Of a stretch of DNA of 64,000 nt, positions 62,635-64,000 are shown one piece after another (position 1 is the stretch's first letter; each line of letters opens with the position of its first letter). Source of the stretch: Eimeria praecox. Its lineage: Eukaryota. The stretch spans positions 992,001 through 1,056,000 of the forward strand of contig OY986947.1 in assembly GCA_963920595.1 (NCBI GenBank). The letters run 5' to 3'. The position numbers were made by a program, and so were the translations under genes. The notes below the pieces were generated by a model, which did not search any database, was not told the DNA's origin, and was given only the letters and a program-made list of their open reading frames with translations.

Positions 62635-63361
62635 GCAACAGCAGCAGCAACAGCAGCAGCAACAGCAGCAGAAGCAACAGCAGCAACAGCAGCAGCAGCA
62701 GCAGACCTCAGCAACTGAAGAAGTGATACTAAGGCCAAAATCTATGATGCAGACTTTCGGTTGATTACGCTGCTGCAGCAGCAGCAGCACCTGCTTCGCT
62801 CCTGTCTCCATTGCTGCTGCTGCTGCTGCTGCTGCAGCAGCAGCAGCAGCAGCAGAAGTGCCATTGCTAGGGATGCTGTCAGCAGCAGCAGCAGCAGCAG
62901 CAGCACCAACCCCATCTGTCTCCACTTCTGCTTCTGCTGCTTTTGCTGCTTTTGCTGCTGCTTTTGCTGCTGCTGCTGCTTTGATTGCTGCAGCAGCAGC
63001 AGGATAAGATCTCTCTGCTGTATCTGCTGCTGCTCCTGCTGCTGCTCCTGCTGCTGCTGCTGCTGCTGCTGCTGTGCCCTCCATAGAGCTGCAGCAGCAG
63101 CTCCGCAGCAGCAGATTAGAAGGTGTTAGGTCTCCGTGTATTACGCCTGCGTTGTGCATCAACCCTACTGCAGCACCAACAGCGCGGCCGACATCTGCAG
63201 CAGCAGCAGCAGGAGCAGCAGCAGCAGGAGCAGCAGCAGCAGGAGCAGCAGCAGCAGGAGCAGCAGGAGCAGGAGCAGCAGCAGCAGCAACAGCAGGAGC
63301 AACAGCAGCACATTCCACATACAGCGCAGAATCAAATTCAGGGGGGATATGCTCGTGATGC

Positions 63362-63411
<50 letters not shown>

Positions 63412-63704
63412 TTGCTGCTGCTGTTGCTGCTGTTGCTGCTGCTGCTGTTGCTGTTTTTTCGGATGCTGCAACGCTGCAGATAAGGGCAGCAGCAGCAGCA
63501 GCAGCAGCATACGACAGCAGCAGCAGCAGCAGCAGCCTAAGACAGCAGCAGCAGCAGCAGTATAAGACAGCAGCAGCAGCAGCAGCAGCAGCATAGGACA
63601 GCAGCAGCAGCAGCAGAATCAGCTGCGCGCAAAGAAGTGTTTGTTTGTACCCTTGATAATTCTCTCTGCGTCCTCACGAGAACAGCAGCAGTCGTCGCCG
63701 CCGC

Positions 63705-63736
<32 letters not shown>

Positions 63737-63879
63737 TTGCTGTTGCTGCTGCTGCTGCTGCTGCGTTCAGTCTGCTGCAGCAGCATATCAAGTAGGGCTT
63801 TGATAGTACATCCTTCCACCCACTCTAAAACAATTATGTCTCCTCTCTGAATCCGTTTGTCTTGTATAAGAGAAGAAGA

Positions 63880-63910
<31 letters not shown>

Positions 63911-64000
63911 GCAGCAGCCGCAGCAGGAGCAGGAGCAGCAGCAGCAGGAGCGGGAGCAGCAGCAGCAGCAGCAGAATAAGAGAAGAAAGTCATCGGGTGT
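61074..64000 (-). CDS. BUD32: KEOPS complex kinase Bud32/PRPK (TP53RK); 5' part lies beyond the window
   Basis: Exons >64000-63651 ([16 protein letters not shown]), 63473-62707 ([39 protein letters not shown]), 61450-61303 ([23 protein letters not shown]) and 61111-61074 ([12 protein letters not shown]). HGDLTxSN, DFGLS, ExxAVDL and the C-terminal VRxRGRKRxMxG are diagnostic of Bud32. Confidence 0.93.

Overview
Eukaryotic genomic DNA from a coccidian apicomplexan, most likely an Eimeria repeat-rich ('R') chromosome segment. The basis for this is pervasive (CAG)n in coding DNA giving poly-Q/A/S tracts, interstitial telomere-like (AAACCCT/AGGGTTT)n, TGCATGCA octamers and AT-rich microsatellite introns; the species cannot be fixed from this window. 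Most short ORFs in the track are frame-shifted or antisense shadows of microsatellites. Manual splicing supports 11 protein genes and one tRNA. In order they are: a Ser/Thr kinase with C-terminal phosphatase-like and Zn-binding-like modules (5'-truncated), a multi-exon hypothetical gene, MRT4, an ankyrin-repeat protein, a tail-to-tail pair of paralogous TSP1+EGF type-I membrane proteins with a DNRLRE/CBM96-like N-terminal module, a polytopic membrane protein with cyclase/PDE-like TM motifs but no catalytic domain, an organellar Fe-SOD, tRNA-Ala(AGC), a helical-repeat-like hypothetical gene, a 1934-aa Ala-rich protein, and BUD32/PRPK (5'-truncated). The most unusual structural signal is exon-edge amplification by simple repeats at three independent genes: about 5 extra copies of the ankyrin terminal exon separated by telomeric repeats, and duplicated splice acceptors in SOD and BUD32. 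Also notable are a palindromic AGCT satellite and a dispersed/tandem CTGCCTATACACC motif. All exon models are by-eye predictions without transcript data.
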